A stretch of DNA of 63,531 nt, counting the filler, from Aduncisulcus paluster (taxonomy: Eukaryota): assembly GCA_024181965.1 (NCBI GenBank). It is 9 parts of 9 records of this genome, joined end to end, with 100 filler letters (N's around TTAATTAATTAA, not from the genome) between each part and the next. Parts side by side here need not be neighbours in the genome. Positions count along the whole stretch, not along the records: positions 1 to 18,536 come from BQXS01009733.1; 8 more parts are not named here. The stretch is one strand, 5' to 3'. The translations under genes and the position numbers were made by a program. Positions 1 to 14,390 of the stretch are shown piece by piece. How positions within the stretch are numbered: the first letter of the stretch is position 1; each line of letters opens with the position of its first letter. The notes beneath the pieces were generated by a model. The model was given only the letters and a program-made list of their open reading frames with translations, made no database searches and was not told where the DNA came from.

Positions 1-707
1 TTATTAAATCGCCGAAATTGACCGTTTAATGTTTTATGGTTGTCCCTAAATGGAAGCGTGATGCATCGTTTATAATGATTAATGTGATAAAACTTGTACT
101 CGTAGTTTCCAGGGCTCGATAGAGGTGTTCCAAAGACGGATAGGTATGCTTTCTTCACATGGCATGCTGCATAAATAAATTTCTCGTCACTGAATCCGAA
201 TTGAGGTTGAATGTAGTCTTTGTATGTGGCTTTACAATACACAACGAGAGAATCCTGGATTGTATAATTCTGTGGTCTTAGTTCGACTGTCAGCTGATTC
301 CATTTCTTCAACGTTGATTTCACCAAGTGATATCAACAAGGCACTTTCAAAACAATGGTTATCGGCTCCGCTGGCAGAAACCATAAGCAAATCCAGCATG
401 TCGATGAATCCACTTTTTTCTACTATTTCGGGTGCTAGAGTTACGTGACTTCTCAGGGTATAACATTTCCGAGCGCCAATAAATTACTAAAGATTCATAA
501 AGTTGATATCAATCCAAACGGTGATCAAAAGAAAGGAAGAAAAAGTGAAAGTTAATAATCAATTTTTCTTGTTCATTCATGAAAGAATTAATCGTTAGAA
601 TAATATTAATCATTGTATTTACCTGACCATTTTATGGAATTTTATTTTCGTCTTTTTCGCCGGCGAAAACGATGAAAAATAGGAGTTTTGCTGTCACATA
701 AATAAAA

Positions 708-3441
708 TTAGAACACATTTTTACACCCAATACATGAACTAATCACCTCATCAACACAAGGAATCTTCCATCCACAGCCAAGTTGCGGCAATTCAGCAGA
801 AATGACCTTAACTTTACCATAAGCTCTTTGTAAAGTGTATCTTTCATCAGCATCTTTATCGGCTAACAAACCTCTACAAATATCCTTCATTTCATTCATA
901 ATTCTACAACAATCATCATGTAAATCATCTTTCTTCTCCTGAAAACTGGCAAAACAACTCAGAGATTCAAAATCGATCTTCGATCCAATATTTCCTGGCT
1001 CACAATGCTGACAATGTTTAGGTTGTTTCCCATTGTTGAATAAAATTACTAATGACAAACCCAATGAATTGCAGAGATGAATTGTGGGATCTTCTTCTTC
1101 CTCACCCAACGTCAAATCTCTAAATATATCCTGAGAAACAAGTGAAGTTGGCAAATGGTCATCATAATAATATCTAATATCCTCAACCTTTGGAATCCCC
1201 GTGCTCTTATACAACAAAGGAGTTTCATCAATTGAGTCAATTGTCAGAACAACTCTGCTCGTGTACTCTTCAAAACATTTTACAAGGAAATTCCGAGGAC
1301 GAATGATAGAAGAGTAAAATTTGAAAGCGTCAACATCGGATTGTGCATCCATCTGATGGCTAACTTCACCAATAAGTGAAGGTATTTTGGCNNNNNNNNN
1401 NNNNNNNNNNNTATCTAATATCCTCAACCTTTGGAATCCCTGTGCTCTTATACAACAAAGGAGTTTCATCAATTGAGTCAATTGTCAGAACAACTCTGCT
1501 CGTGTACTCTTCAAAACATTTTACAAGGAAATTCCGAGGACGAATGATAGAAGAGTAAAATTTGAAAGCGTCAACATCGGATTGTGCATCCATCTGATGG
1601 CTAACTTCACCAATAAGTGAAGGTATTTTGGCAACGCATTCTATCATTCCTGCAGCAATTGAGGCAACTTTCAAGGGATCCCATGTCGAATAAGGTACAT
1701 CGGTGTCAGCAGTATGATAATCTTCCTCTATTTCCTCCTCAGAATAAGAAATGCAATCAGAATCTTCCGCCATTTCCTCCAATAGTTCAGGGAATTCAGC
1801 TGTATAAGAGAGTATTGACTTTTGTTGACTCCATTTCTCAGCGAATTGAAGGACATTTCCACCATTACAGAATTCTGACATAATTCCACAAGTGTGAGAC
1901 ACACGATCAAACACAATATGCCAGGGTTTAGGACCAATATTATGATCATACAACAGTTTAGATAGCTCGAATAATCTAAACACACAGCTGGCAGTAAGAG
2001 AATGAAAGAAATGATCACAATTCAGGTTCTTATGAATACATCTTAAAACAAAATGCTCATCATAAACTTCACATAAAAATACTGGGCTATGCTTCCCTTG
2101 ATGAAGGATAGACACGGGATGTATTTTGGTTGATTTTTCAAGGAATAATAATGGAGATTCGTCAAACTTTTTCCGACATTGTGTTACAATGTCCCAATCA
2201 CCTTTCCACACTTGAGATGACCACCGTTTCTCAAAGAGAGGCCTGAGAGGAATTACAAGCTCAGATGCACTGGAAACCAGGCAAGCAAGGAGATTATACC
2301 AATACCTGTATGATATAGAGATTGCTTTGGATGAGCCTAATGTGATGACTCGGCGTTTCCAGGCATAAAAATATTCCTCAATCTCCGAAAATAAAAGCAT
2401 TGTGTAGTTTGGATCGACTGTACAAAAATGACCAAGAATCCCAAGCAGAGATGGAACATTCTCAATCGTTAAAGTTGGAACGAGAGATGTACTACTATTG
2501 CACGTAATTTCAGCTACCTTAAATATGCGCCGTAAATAGTGGGATTCTAAAAGTATGGAACATCTCTCAGAGTTGGTAGTCACACCATCAGAATTTAACA
2601 ACAGATCGTTGATGATTAAAAGAATATTTTGTAAAAAATGGTATTCATTAGTAGAAATAGCAAAATCTAACCATTTCTTCAAATAAAGATTATAGTCAGC
2701 GATAAATTTGGGACGAATCTTTGGGAGTTTCTTCACGACTAACACAAAAAAGGATATAATCTGGGAGAAAAGGCGAGAAAAATTTTCGGGATTCTTTTGA
2801 CATTCTTGTGTGAAATCGTGCAATTCTATTTCATTAAGCAAAACACTATCAAGAGTGTCAAAAAGAGGGAACAATTCATCTTCGAGTCTCTCCTTTTGAA
2901 ACCTTCTTTGACAAAACATATGACAGATTAACATGATTGAGGGGAAAATGTGACAGGAATCAACAAGATCCAGTGAAATAATATGTTTGAGAGTCGAAAT
3001 TAAGTTATGCCGACAAGAATTCCAAAAAGATAGAGCCGAATGCCTTGAAAATTTGAATTTCTCTGCATCAGTAAGGAATCGAAAAAGGTTATCAAGAGAC
3101 ATGGTTAAGGTCCGTGGATCTTTTGAAATCGCATCTTGCAAGGCAGCATTCTTATTCAGAATAGTGGCATGGCAGAAGTCAGAATCAGCAGCTGTAGAAA
3201 AGGCCTTTCCAAAATGTCTATCGGATTTTTGGCGAAACCTTGGATTATTAAATTTCTTGGGTGTTTTCGAATCTTGTTTTTTGATATCCTTTGAACTCGA
3301 ACTTTTCTGCCTTCTTCCAGTAGATCGAATTGGACTTATTGAAAGAGGCTTCCCAGATCCTGCAGACTTCTTCGAAGTACTTGAAGAGGTGTCGCGTTTT
3401 CGTAAAGCTCCAAACAAATCACTTTGAGACTTCATGTTCAA
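708..3441 (-). CDS. Protein kinase-fold protein, probable pseudokinase, with a helical N-terminal region; one gene interrupted by a 20-N gap and an artefactual 221-bp duplication
   Basis: ORFs 1366..3441 and 708..1481 overlap through the duplicate 1171-1391/1412-1632 and join as ...KVEDIR|YYYDDH. Kinase landmarks are in order but degenerate: HQGKHSPV, FVLR, IMSEFCNGG, SSIIRPRNFLV. Confidence 0.65.
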
Positions 3442-4393
3442 TAATAATAATAATTATAAATCGTATATTTCCACAACAAACCGAGAGAAAAACGCTTTTG
3501 GAACCTCGAGTGGAACACCCCAAATGGAATCCCCAAACAAAAATAATTCTAACTGTGTCATATATTCCACAGTTGAATAAACCGCCGCAATCAAACTATA
3601 ATAATATTCAAGCATGGAAAATGAATCCAATACTGGAGTCCAGATCCGGATTGAAAATCTTTCACATTATTCTCCAATACATATAAAAAATCACCCCGAT
3701 AGATTATAACGCCTACCAATTGTATGCACCAATATTAGATCAAAAATTGATTTCAACCTTATATGGCAAAGGAAACTGCAAGTCATCGTTTTCTTGGGAA
3801 TTTGGTTGCAATCTGTTTATTTAATTGGATAAATATCGCTTTAAATATCATCTAGATATGATTCTTTGTTTTTATGTTCTTTAATAACGTCTCCATTCAT
3901 GAATAGGATGTTTTGTCTCCTTATCACTTAATCTCAATTGAATATCATTTTTTCTGACGTAATTTTCAATGAAAGATTTGGAAATAACTTGAAAAATATC
4001 CTTCTTTACCCACCTTTTCTTCTATTTTCACTCTCTAACTGTATTTTTCAGTCTCTACGGATGAATGGTTTATTTCCAATTGTAGTATTGTTGTATATAT
4101 TATTGATGCCAAAATTAAAATTCCATTAAACCCTTTAATATTGAATATATTTATTCTTTCATGGATTAATACTCTATTCCCTTTCTCTCATTGATTGGAA
4201 ATAATAATTAATTTAAATTATTTCTATTATTCTTAAAGATGTAATTTAATTGACATATTTCAATCTCTACCTCCCTTTTCTCGATATTATTCCCCATTTC
4301 CGGCAATTGGAGATTGCTTGACTTTCATTTCCATTTCCCTTGCGTTTCACATCCAATCATCCATTCTTTCTTGCACATCTTCTTGATCTGCAA

Positions 4394-7300
4394 ATGAAAA
4401 GTATCGGAAAAACAGAAAATCATATCAATTCAACTTCAAAAAGGGGTTCAAAGAAAGGAAAAGAGAAAGAATGTTCCACAAAACCTGGATTAGATCCCAA
4501 AAGTTCAAAAAAGATCCCTGAATCAATTTTATTTGACTACACAGAAGGGAAAGATTGTTATTATTGTGCTCAATGTCATGCTAAGTTTTCTAGCATTAAC
4601 AAAATGCAAGCCCATGCAAAGATTGAAAACCATAAATCCTTTGCTTGCTCAAAACCAGGATGTTCTAGTTCTTTTGACCGGAAATGTAGTCTAACCCTTC
4701 ATATTAATTCTGTTCATGGATCTAAAAAACATGAATGCACCATTTGTGGGAAATATTTTACTCAAAAGGGTCATTTAACCAGGCACATCCGCTCAGTCCA
4801 TGAATCTAAAACTCAATATGGGTGTCCATTATGTGATTATTCAACTATTCATATCGGCAACCTCCATCGACATCACATTTCCAATCATACTCCTTTCTTT
4901 CCATATGTTTGTTCTATATGTGGTGAATCATTTGCTGTTGAAATTAATTTAGCCAGACACATCAAGAAATCACATCCCAAACTCTCATCTCTGACCCATA
5001 AAAAGCTATTTATTCCCAACAATCCCGAGAAATATGTTCCAGCCCCCCTTCTCCCCTTACTTTCCAATGCACCACTCTGCCCATGTTGTCTTTCTCCATC
5101 GTGTTGTGAAGAAGTCAGAGTGTGCACAAATTGCTGTGGTCGATTCCATTTCAGATGCTGTCTCCGAGATGGTTCCATGTTTGTCACCAACACTTGTAAT
5201 TCCTGCTCTTCGATGAGACAAATGGTCCAACTCCAGCCCTTTAATGCGTTATCAAGCCATATCCATGCACTCAGATGTTCTGAAGTCTCATCCAAACGTT
5301 CCACGTCCCATGTCTCTGGGTCTGGGTCTGATAGTTTCTTCCATCCTTGGAGTGAGTACAGTATCTCTGTTCCATCTTCAGCCACCGACACATTCTCATT
5401 TGGCGACAACAAGTATGATTCCACGAGTAATTGTAGTCACATATTCCTTGATTTCCAGCCTTCATCCGTTCCGTTACAAACAGTGTCCACATTCCCACAT
5501 CAGGGTCGAGAATTCACGTGTGTCCCCATGCTTCGTCCAGGGACAAAGAAGAACACGATTGTTTTCTCCCTCTTCCTCCCTGAGATCTCTGTTGATGCTG
5601 CCATCGCTTCCTTGAACCAGCGTTGTGTGAGAGTGAGTGAATTGGGTTTCAACAACACAATCTATCTCCCTCTTGATGCTAAGAGTAACAAATGGTTCAA
5701 GTCTGTCCGTCACAGTGACACTCCCTCGTGTGCTCTGATTGCTGTGGATTCCAGGGTTGCCATGTTCATTCAAAGACTGAGAGAAGAGCTGAGTGTGGGT
5801 GAGTTGGAGGAATATGCAAAGAAAAGTGAAGAGAATGTCCTTAAACCATGGTTGTATGAAGAGATCAAACTCAATGGAAAGAAAGGGAAAGGAACAATGG
5901 GGAAACCTGATCATCACGCTCCAGAAGTGTTCACTGTCGATTGTGTCTTCTCTGAACAACGCTTCACTCCTAGATCCTTCACCCTCCCTTCTGTCCCATC
6001 TGTCCATTCCCTCCAAAGAGCTTACTACGAGTGGAGAGTGTGTTGTGAAGTGTTCGGGAATATTCATATCATATCCTTACTCGCATTAGGATGTGTTCTT
6101 GTCCAGGTCTGTGTCAGAGAGTCTCAAGTGAGTGCAAGAGAAGTGGACAAGTACAAATCCATGACTCATGAAAGCCCACATAAGAGTTCACATAAGAGCT
6201 CACATAAGAGCTCACGCAAGAGACGAGAGTTAAGGCAAAAGCTCAAGGAAGGTGGAAGACAGATGTTGGATCCAATTCCACATGATTGTGTCTTCCCTGA
6301 GACAGAATCAGACCTTTCTCTCTTCCTCTCCTCCTCTTCTTCAGACAGATCAATGTTCAAATCTCTCTCACATGCGTATTCCTATCTTTCTCATCCTGCA
6401 ACTATTTTGGGAGAGGTTGTTCGAGGCATGTGGAAGGACTTTGTGCATGATGAGTGTGAGGCTGGAGTTTACACAGGCCGTGTCATGAAGGTTATGGTGG
6501 TTTCCTTGAGTAATGTTAGTGATACGACTCCCAAGGCATTCACTCTTGACTTTGGATGGAGATATTCCAACGAACGTAGACATGTAGTTGTTGAAAAGAA
6601 TGGTGATCATGGTCGTCAGAGAAGGATTCCTGTGAAAGATATCCATGAGCTCTCCAAACAACCCATTGATCCGGATGACTATTCCTCAGATCTTATCGAA
6701 CAAATCAGATCCTCACATTTAGCTGTCAAAGATATTCCTCTCTACACTGACCTGCACTCTGATTGCTCACATATCTCTGGTGGTGTGGACTCGGATATAT
6801 CTATTACTTCAGCCACAGTGCTCACTCGTGATGGCTACTACCGTCTCCATCCTGTCCAATCCCTGCTTGATGCTCCTCTCTTGCACCCAATCCATCCGAG
6901 GCCTGTCTATTTGTCCAGACCTTCGACACAGTACCTTGACTTCACGGCTGCTTCTGTCTTCTTCTCCATGCTCATGTCTCCTTATTGTCTCTGTTTCCAT
7001 CCCCACAGTGGTCAAAGGATGATAGAAACATTCGGAGTCAAATACTGGTATATCTCAAAGGATTATACTGCCCATAGAACATCCTCCTCTCCTTCTACTT
7101 CTACTTCTCCCTCTTNNNNNNNNNNNNNNNNNNNNCTTCACGGCTGCTTCTGTCTTCTTCTCCATGCTCATGTCTCCTTATTGTCTCTGTTTCCATCCCC
7201 ACAGTGGTCAAAGGATGATAGAAACATTCGGAGTCAAATACTGGTATATCTCAAAGGATTATACTGCCCATAGAACATCCTCCTCTCCTTCTACTTCTAC

Positions 7301-8156
7301 TTCTCCCTCTTCCTCTTCCTCTTCTACTTCCCCGATTGATTGGTCTGTCCCCTCAAAGGATTACTGCCTTGCTTCCACAAAGATCCCTCAAGAGGAGTGT
7401 GTGAAGACACGATTGCCTGAAGGATACAGAGGAGAAGTTCCGTCCTCTTCTTGTTCCCAGCGAGTGACTCTTCCAACACAAATGCTCAGCTCCAAGTGTT
7501 TGACCAACAAATGCAGGATATTCTGCAAGAACTATGTATCCTTACATGACCAGCATCCAGACCTTCCTTCAATCTCTCCTGACCAAGTTCTTCTCATTCC
7601 TAAGGTTCAACATACCAAACCAGACTATTTCTCTTCACATTACCATGCCATATGCAAGCATTGTGATCTTCTCCCAACATTCATAGGTTCTATTCCTCGT
7701 CACATGCGGACATACCACACAGACATGGAGTTCGAAGGTCCCATTCGTCTCAGAGATTTCATTCAACGAGGCTATGATAGAGCTGCGAGTGTGTATTCCT
7801 CCTTGTGGAAAGAACATGTTCTCACCCACCCTTTGCTCTCCCATGAACTTAAGACAGGGGGACCTCTTGTCCATTGTCCAACGACTCCTCTGAAGGATGT
7901 CCGAGAGATCATCCATCTCATGTGTTTCTGCCTTGCACACAGCTCCAAGTTGCTTGAGCTGAGTGAGAGAACCCAGAGGACATCAGAGGGAATGATCCTT
8001 GGGTGGGCTGGAGATGGACATTACGTTGGTCTGGACACACAGCTTGGAAGGAGATACGGGAGTGGATACATCACTGAAGAGGACTGGGGGAGAGTAGTGT
8101 GGAAGTTATGGAAGAAATGGACGATTGGAGAGGCACAGTGGGGGGAAGGAATATAA
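4394..8156 (+). CDS. C2H2 zinc-finger protein with a PHD-like finger; spans the gap at 7116-7135
   Basis: First ATG at 4394. Five tandem C2H2 fingers (e.g. CTICGKYFTQKGHLTRHIRSVH), then CPCC...CTNCCGRFHFRC...CNSC. ORFs 4340..7273 and 7164..8156 join through the duplicate 6940-7115/7136-7311. Confidence 0.85.
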
Positions 8157-8284
8157 GGAATTCAAGTCAATGTTTCGTTTTATTGAGTTGTTAGTTTCTT
8201 ATTTTCTTGCAAATAAGATTGAAAAAATTCCAAAAAAAAGTAATTTAAAAAGGAAAAAAGTAATTTAAAACAATTATTAGTTGT

Positions 8285-11200
8285 TTAGTAGAGACGTTCT
8301 TTGTTTTCAATGTAATCTAAACAAAATCCAAAAAGAGATAAATATTTTTCTTTTACCGATTCAAGATATTTTGGAGGTTTTAACTTAAATGTCTCGATTT
8401 GGTCAGTTATTTTCCTTACTTTGAGCACAAAGAACTCGATAGTTTGGTCAATTTCTTTTGTTGTTGGCCAATCCTGAATCAAAGAAATACAAGTTAACAA
8501 TAAAAATCCAATAAAAAGTATAATTTGCAAAAATTTTAAACAAAAACGAACTCTTTTAATTCGTTTTTCCTTTTTCAAAGTTAAAGAAACATTAATATTT
8601 TTAATATAAATGTCTTTCAATAAATTATCACCTAAAAGCTGATTGTTGATTTCTTTTTGTTGATTAAAGGATGAAATAAGATCCGATTGTTCCACTTTTA
8701 AAGTTTTAATTTCAGAATCTTGTCGATATTTTTCAGATCGAAGAGAATCAAGTTCAGTTCGAAGAGAATCAAGCTCTGATTCGTATTTTTGGGAAGAAAT
8801 AACTGAATTCTGAACAATTTTATCACGTTCAAGTGTCATGGCATCAAGTTTAAATGAAATATCCTGGATTTTACCTTCAGATAATGTCAATTCTTCCTCT
8901 TTTCTTTTACAAACATCGCCCAATGTGGTAAGTTCAGCCTCAATTTCTCGAGATTTCGAGTCAAGCATTGAAATTTCAGACAGAGTTTGTTGATATTTCT
9001 TCTCAAGATCAACTTTCTCAGAATGCAATGAGGCTTTGCTTGATCGTTCCAAAGATAGATTGTGAGAAAGAGTTGAGATAGATGTTGAGAGTTCATTGAC
9101 AGAAGCTTTAAGAGCATCATTTTCACATCTTAAAGAAGCAATTGTCTGTTCCATCTCCTCTTCTTTCTCTTTCCTCCTCTTTTCTTCTTCCTCTTTCTCT
9201 CTTTCTCTCTTCCTCTCTTCCTCTTCTTCTTCTTCAGCTACTTCTACTTCTTCTTCTTCAGCTACTTCTTCTTCTTCTTCTTCAGCTACTTCTACTTCTT
9301 TTTTAGATGAACTTGGATTTGGTGGTGAATTAGAAGGAGAAGGAGGGAATATCGTATGGAAAGTCGATAAAACAGATGATGGCGAGCCAGGAGTCATCGA
9401 AATATTATTATTATTCATCCCTTTCTCTCTTTCTTTCTCAGTTTCTATATTTGGAGTATGAGGGTTGTCAACTATCAAAGATGACGATTGAAGGGGACTT
9501 GAGGCAACCATTATTATTTCTGAAGTGGCTCCAATGTCAAGACTAGTGCCTATGGAAGAAGGGGAAGAAGGTTTCAAGCTTGACTGATCGTATTTATCTT
9601 NNNNNNNNNNNNNNNNNNNNGTTGATATTTCTTCTCAAGATCAACTTTCTCAGAATGCAATGAGGCTTTGCTTGATCGTTCCAAAGATAGATTGTGAGAA
9701 AGAGTTGAGATAGATGTTGAGAGTTCATTGACAGAAGCTTTAAGAGCATCATTTTCACATCTTAAAGAAGCAATTGTCTGTTCCATCTCCTCTTCTTTCT
9801 CTTTCCTCCTCTTTTCTTCTTCCTCTTTCTCTCTTTCTCTCTTCCTCTCTTCCTCTTCTTCTTCTTCTTCAGCTACTTCTACTTCTTCTTCTTCAGCTAC
9901 TTCTTCTTCTTCTTCAGCTACTTCTACTTCTTTTTTAGATGAACTTGGATTTGGTGGTGAATTAGAAGGAGAAGGAGGGAATATCGTATGGAAAGTCGAT
10001 AAAACAGATGATGGCGAGCCAGGAGTCATCGAAATATTATTATTATTCATCCCTTTCTCTCTTTCTTTCTCAGTTTCTATATTTGGAGTATGAGGGTTGT
10101 CAACTATCAAAGATGACGATTGAAGGGGACTTGAGGCAACCATTATTATTTCTGAAGTGGCTCCAATGTCAAGACTAGTGCCTATGGAAGAAGGGGAAGA
10201 AGGTTTCAAGCTTGACTGATCGTATTTATCTTGATCTTGATGGGTAGTTGTTTCGGTCTCTTGTTTTTCTGAAGAAGGAGAGACAAGAATAGCTGAGCCA
10301 TCAATCGGTGGGCTTTGAAGCGTAATATCATCAAATTCCTCCTCTTCCTCAGCCTCTATTCTCTCTCTTCTTTCCTCTGTTGTCAAAGAGAACGATAAAC
10401 CCTCTTCATCTTCACCCTCTTCATCGACTGCACAAGTAGAAGATATAGAACAGATTTCATCGTAGATATCTACGGGAATGTCCATCAAATGCCCATCAAC
10501 ATCAGGGATAGTAGACACATCAGTGGTAGAAAATATCTGATCATTCGCAATATAATATTGAGTAACAAGAATACTGTTTGTACTCTTGGATATTGGAGCC
10601 ATATCTCCTATATCATCTGTTGTTCCACCTCCACGTGTTGAAGAGTGACAAACCGAAATGTTCCAGCCATCATTATCGGTTGTAGACGGTATTCCGGTTG
10701 TAGACGGTATTCCGGTTGTGGCCGAGGGGAATTGGAACATGTTGATGTGTCTGATTACATAAAGACCGTCGGGCTGCATCACTACATGATCAGCACATTT
10801 ATCTGTGGTTTCACATGAGTCTAATACGTGGAATTGTCCCTGAGAATCCACTTCAATGCCAACAATAGAAGTGTCTTGCGTAACTTCATCCTGTCGCAGT
10901 ATCTTGGCCTCAAGATCGATGACTAATTGCACGGCTCCACATGGAATTCCAGTCGCTTCATCCCAAATTCCTATGGTGCATTTCTCTATTGTTGTTAAGC
11001 TTGGTGGAAACGTTTCATCGACGATTGCAGAAGAAGAAGAGGAAGAGGAAGAAGAGATAGTGGTTATGGAAGAAGGAGATGTTGATGATATCTCTGTTTT
11101 GCTTCCATGACGTAGATTATCTCCTTTCTTATTACTACTAACGTTACAACTCCTACCCTTTCCAAATGAGGAGATGCAAGCGAAGGTTGAATCATTTGGG

Positions 11201-13039
11201 ATGTCGGTGTGTATTTCCCTTGTTCCCATTCCATCCATAACAGTAACGCACACACAATGGCCTGATTTATGGTAGTACATGAAGCAATGAGGGGAGAGAA
11301 ACATAATAGGGTTACAAGCGAGAGAAGTGGAGGAGAGAAGGATCGTAAGAAGAGAAAATATCTCAGAAGCATCGTTGGAATCTGAATGGTCTTTTCTACA
11401 AGTAGAAGAGGAAGAGATGGGAACATGAGTTCTTCCATCAAGCATTGTACCACTGTTTCCAGCCCTGGGGGAAGTGGGAAGCATGGAGAAAGATAATGTC
11501 TCAGGTAAAGAAGAAGGGAGTGACTTGAGTTTCTTGAAGGAAGGGAAAGAAGAGAGACCACTTGGTTGAGGAGCAGGAGAGACCATTGTACGAAGAAGAA
11601 GAAGAAGAGGAAGAAGAAGAGGAAGAGGGGAGACGACAGGATCCTGGGGAGGTGCTTGAGACTGTCTTATCAGGATAAGATGGAACAATATCTTTAGGAT
11701 GTGATCCTGGATAGGCAGGCGTATGGGATGATGGTGAAAAGGCTGAATATAACGATTCTCTCATCTCTTGTCTTCGTTTGAGCTCCTGCATCCATCTTGA
11801 ACGACCGCTTGACCATAATGAATCAATTGGTTGAGAAACTTCAGGTTTTTTCTTCGATTGCTCTCGCTTAGATCCACTAAGATATGAATTAGGACTGAAA
11901 AAGTAATCAACGGAATCAACTTCGGTTGTGGTCTCAGACATTTGTTTTAAGCCACGAATTTTCATCGAACGTCTCTCAGATTTCCCGATTAATTTTAGAG
12001 CTTTCATAGAAAGAGCCAAAACAACAGCACAATCCCTTTCCAAACACCAAAGAGCAGCAAATTGACCACAGGGTGAGAAACAAACAGAGGTGGCTGCTAA
12101 AGAGAGGACTGGCATCGGAATGGAAAGAAGAGGAGAGCGAGACGGAGAACTGCTTGTGTAACCACTCCTTGGAGAGGCAGTACCTGAAGAAGAAGAGGAG
12201 GAAGAGGAGGAGTAACCGGTAATTGGGGAGATAAAATGATCAGGAGTCCGGACATAAGTTGTATTTGAATTCTTTGGCGTTTGATGTTTTTTTGATGTGC
12301 TCTGGTGTGGTGTCTGTGTGGAAGGAAAATGATCAATAAAGAAACACACAACATCAGTGGGATCTTCGGCCATGAAATGAGCGGCTATAAGATGTTGAGA
12401 AGGATGCATTTGAATTTGGTTCACCAAATGGCCTCTTGAAATTCCCCATAAACGTCGTCCATAAATATTAAAAATACTGAGGGTATCTCCATACTTTGAA
12501 TGAGGGGAGGTTCCAAGCCATATCTTATCGTTCTTGGAGAGAAGAATTGAAAAGATCGATGGTTTAGGTGAGGCTTTGGTGCCAGGGGTAAGGATTTGGG
12601 ATTTTTTGGAGCGATAAAGATTAATAGTATTCATTATTTCTCTTTTATGAAGGTCATACACATTAACACGGTTTCCACCACATTCTCCATATACTATACC
12701 GGGATTTCCATCGCATAGAGTTGGAGAAATGGCAAGAAGCGAGTAGAATCCCGTTAGACCTAGAGCCACGGGAATAACATCCCCAGATAACAAATTACAA
12801 ACATAGATTGAGTGGAGATGTTGGGTATTTTCCAAAGACAAAACAAAATAAGTGTTACACAGAGAAAATGAAACTCGAGTAACAGAACAAAATTGAGGGA
12901 AATGGAAGCATGTTTTGGATTTAGTGAGGGAATTATATAAAATAATTGATGATTTGATCTTGAAACAGGGAGTTAAAATGCGGAAATTTCCATCTAAAGA
13001 TGAATAACAAGAAAAAACAAAATGTTCGGCTGATTCCAT
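8285..13039 (-). CDS. Large protein: putative beta-propeller-like N-terminus, Ser/Glu-rich middle, coiled coil and C-terminal transmembrane segment; reconstructed across one frameshift and one gap
   Basis: ORF 11501..13102 (ATG 13039) switches into ORF 9574..11688 within a TCT run near 11595-11630. That ORF joins 8285..9577 through the duplicate at ~8989-9600/9621-10232. Hydrophobic stretch FLQIILFIGFLLLTCISLI near the end. Confidence 0.55.
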
Positions 13040-13339
13040 CGAAATAGAGGAAGCGAAAGTTTTCAAATTGGTAGTAATGGACTTAAATTTGTTAAAAATC
13101 AAAAAAGTTGATTTTGTAACAATTTGTGCACAAACTTAGAGAATTTTTAGTATTGATTTTAAATCTGCTGTTTTTGACAATTAACATTCTCAATTGCTAG
13201 GTTTTTAAGTTTTAATATGCTTCATTGATATAGAAATGCCATATTTGTAATTGTTTACTTTGCCGGAGTAGGGATAAATTTGATTTTATCTCTATTGTCT
13301 AACATTCTGCGTAAATTTTATATTTTTAAAGATATTTAA

Positions 13340-14050
13340 ATGGAAAATATCATTCAATGTATAAATGAGCTCAATAAGACCCACGAAATATTGATAAAAC
13401 GAAGAGAAGGAATTTCACTTCAGATGAAACTGGATCTTGAAGATATTGATGATAAAAAAAAGAAAATGGAATTTAAAAGACGTGAAATTAAGCAAATGAA
13501 TGAAGAACAAGCTAAAAGATGCGTATCTAACATTTTGTCAAGAGTTCAAGTTGATTATTTGCATGATTACCACTCAAAATTGAAACATAGGAAAGATATA
13601 CTTCTCAAAAAGGATCCACAAATCAAATTTGATTGTGCTCTTGATGAATTGAAGTTTGATGATCCATCCGAAGAGAAACTAATGAAAGTATGTGATCTTG
13701 AAGGTTCATTTTTGAGAAAAGGGCGAATAATAGGGGATAAAAAGGCTTCTTTTGAGGAAGATATGGATATATTTTGTGAACATAGAAGACTCTTTGAGCA
13801 GAATAGGATGATGCTGGAAGATAGATATTGTCAATTGCAAAGATATCGAGAGAAAAGGGACAAATTTCACAGATCTGGGTTCCATGATATCCCTATTGAA
13901 CAATATCAGTTGCGAATAGACAAACTATCTCAAGCATATGATCGAGCTAAAATGGCACTTCCAATCCTTCAGAAAAGGTTAGAACTTACGAAACGAGAAA
14001 GCGACCCGAACCCAATATCTCAAGATAATATCTATGAAAGTTTAGAGTAG
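13340..14050 (+). CDS. Hypothetical coiled-coil protein, 236 aa
   Basis: ATG-initiated ORF with AT-rich flanks and charged helical composition; no recognised motif. Confidence 0.7.
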   Translation: MENIIQCINELNKTHEILIKRREGISLQMKLDLEDIDDKKKKMEFKRREIKQMNEEQAKRCVSNILSRVQVDYLHDYHSKLKHRKDILLKKDPQIKFDCALDELKFDDPSEEKLMKVCDLEGSFLRKGRIIGDKKASFEEDMDIFCEHRRLFEQNRMMLEDRYCQLQRYREKRDKFHRSGFHDIPIEQYQLRIDKLSQAYDRAKMALPILQKRLELTKRESDPNPISQDNIYESLE

Positions 14051-14390
14051 GTAGAAGATGTTGGGTTTCTAAAAGATCTTGTTTTGATCTCTTTCCCTAT
14101 GTCATTGTATTCTTTTTTCAAAAGGATATTCCCAATAATATTATTAATTACCATGAACCTTACATTTAATAATTTTATCGGATATTGATGTGGCCCGGTT
14201 TTCGTGAGGAGAATCTTATCATTTTTTTCTCTGACATATCTCCCAGTTATTTCGAAGATTTAATAAATTGATTGATTTTACTTGTTTATGTTTTGTTTAT
14301 TCCATATTCAAATCAGATGTATTATTCCGATTCAAACAATTGGACAGGTTTTTCTCGTGGCACGTTGTTTTGGTCCAATATTGAACAAAA

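Noticed and set aside
1-600. Short open frames at the window start
   Set aside because: No consistent start, splice model or motif could be supported.
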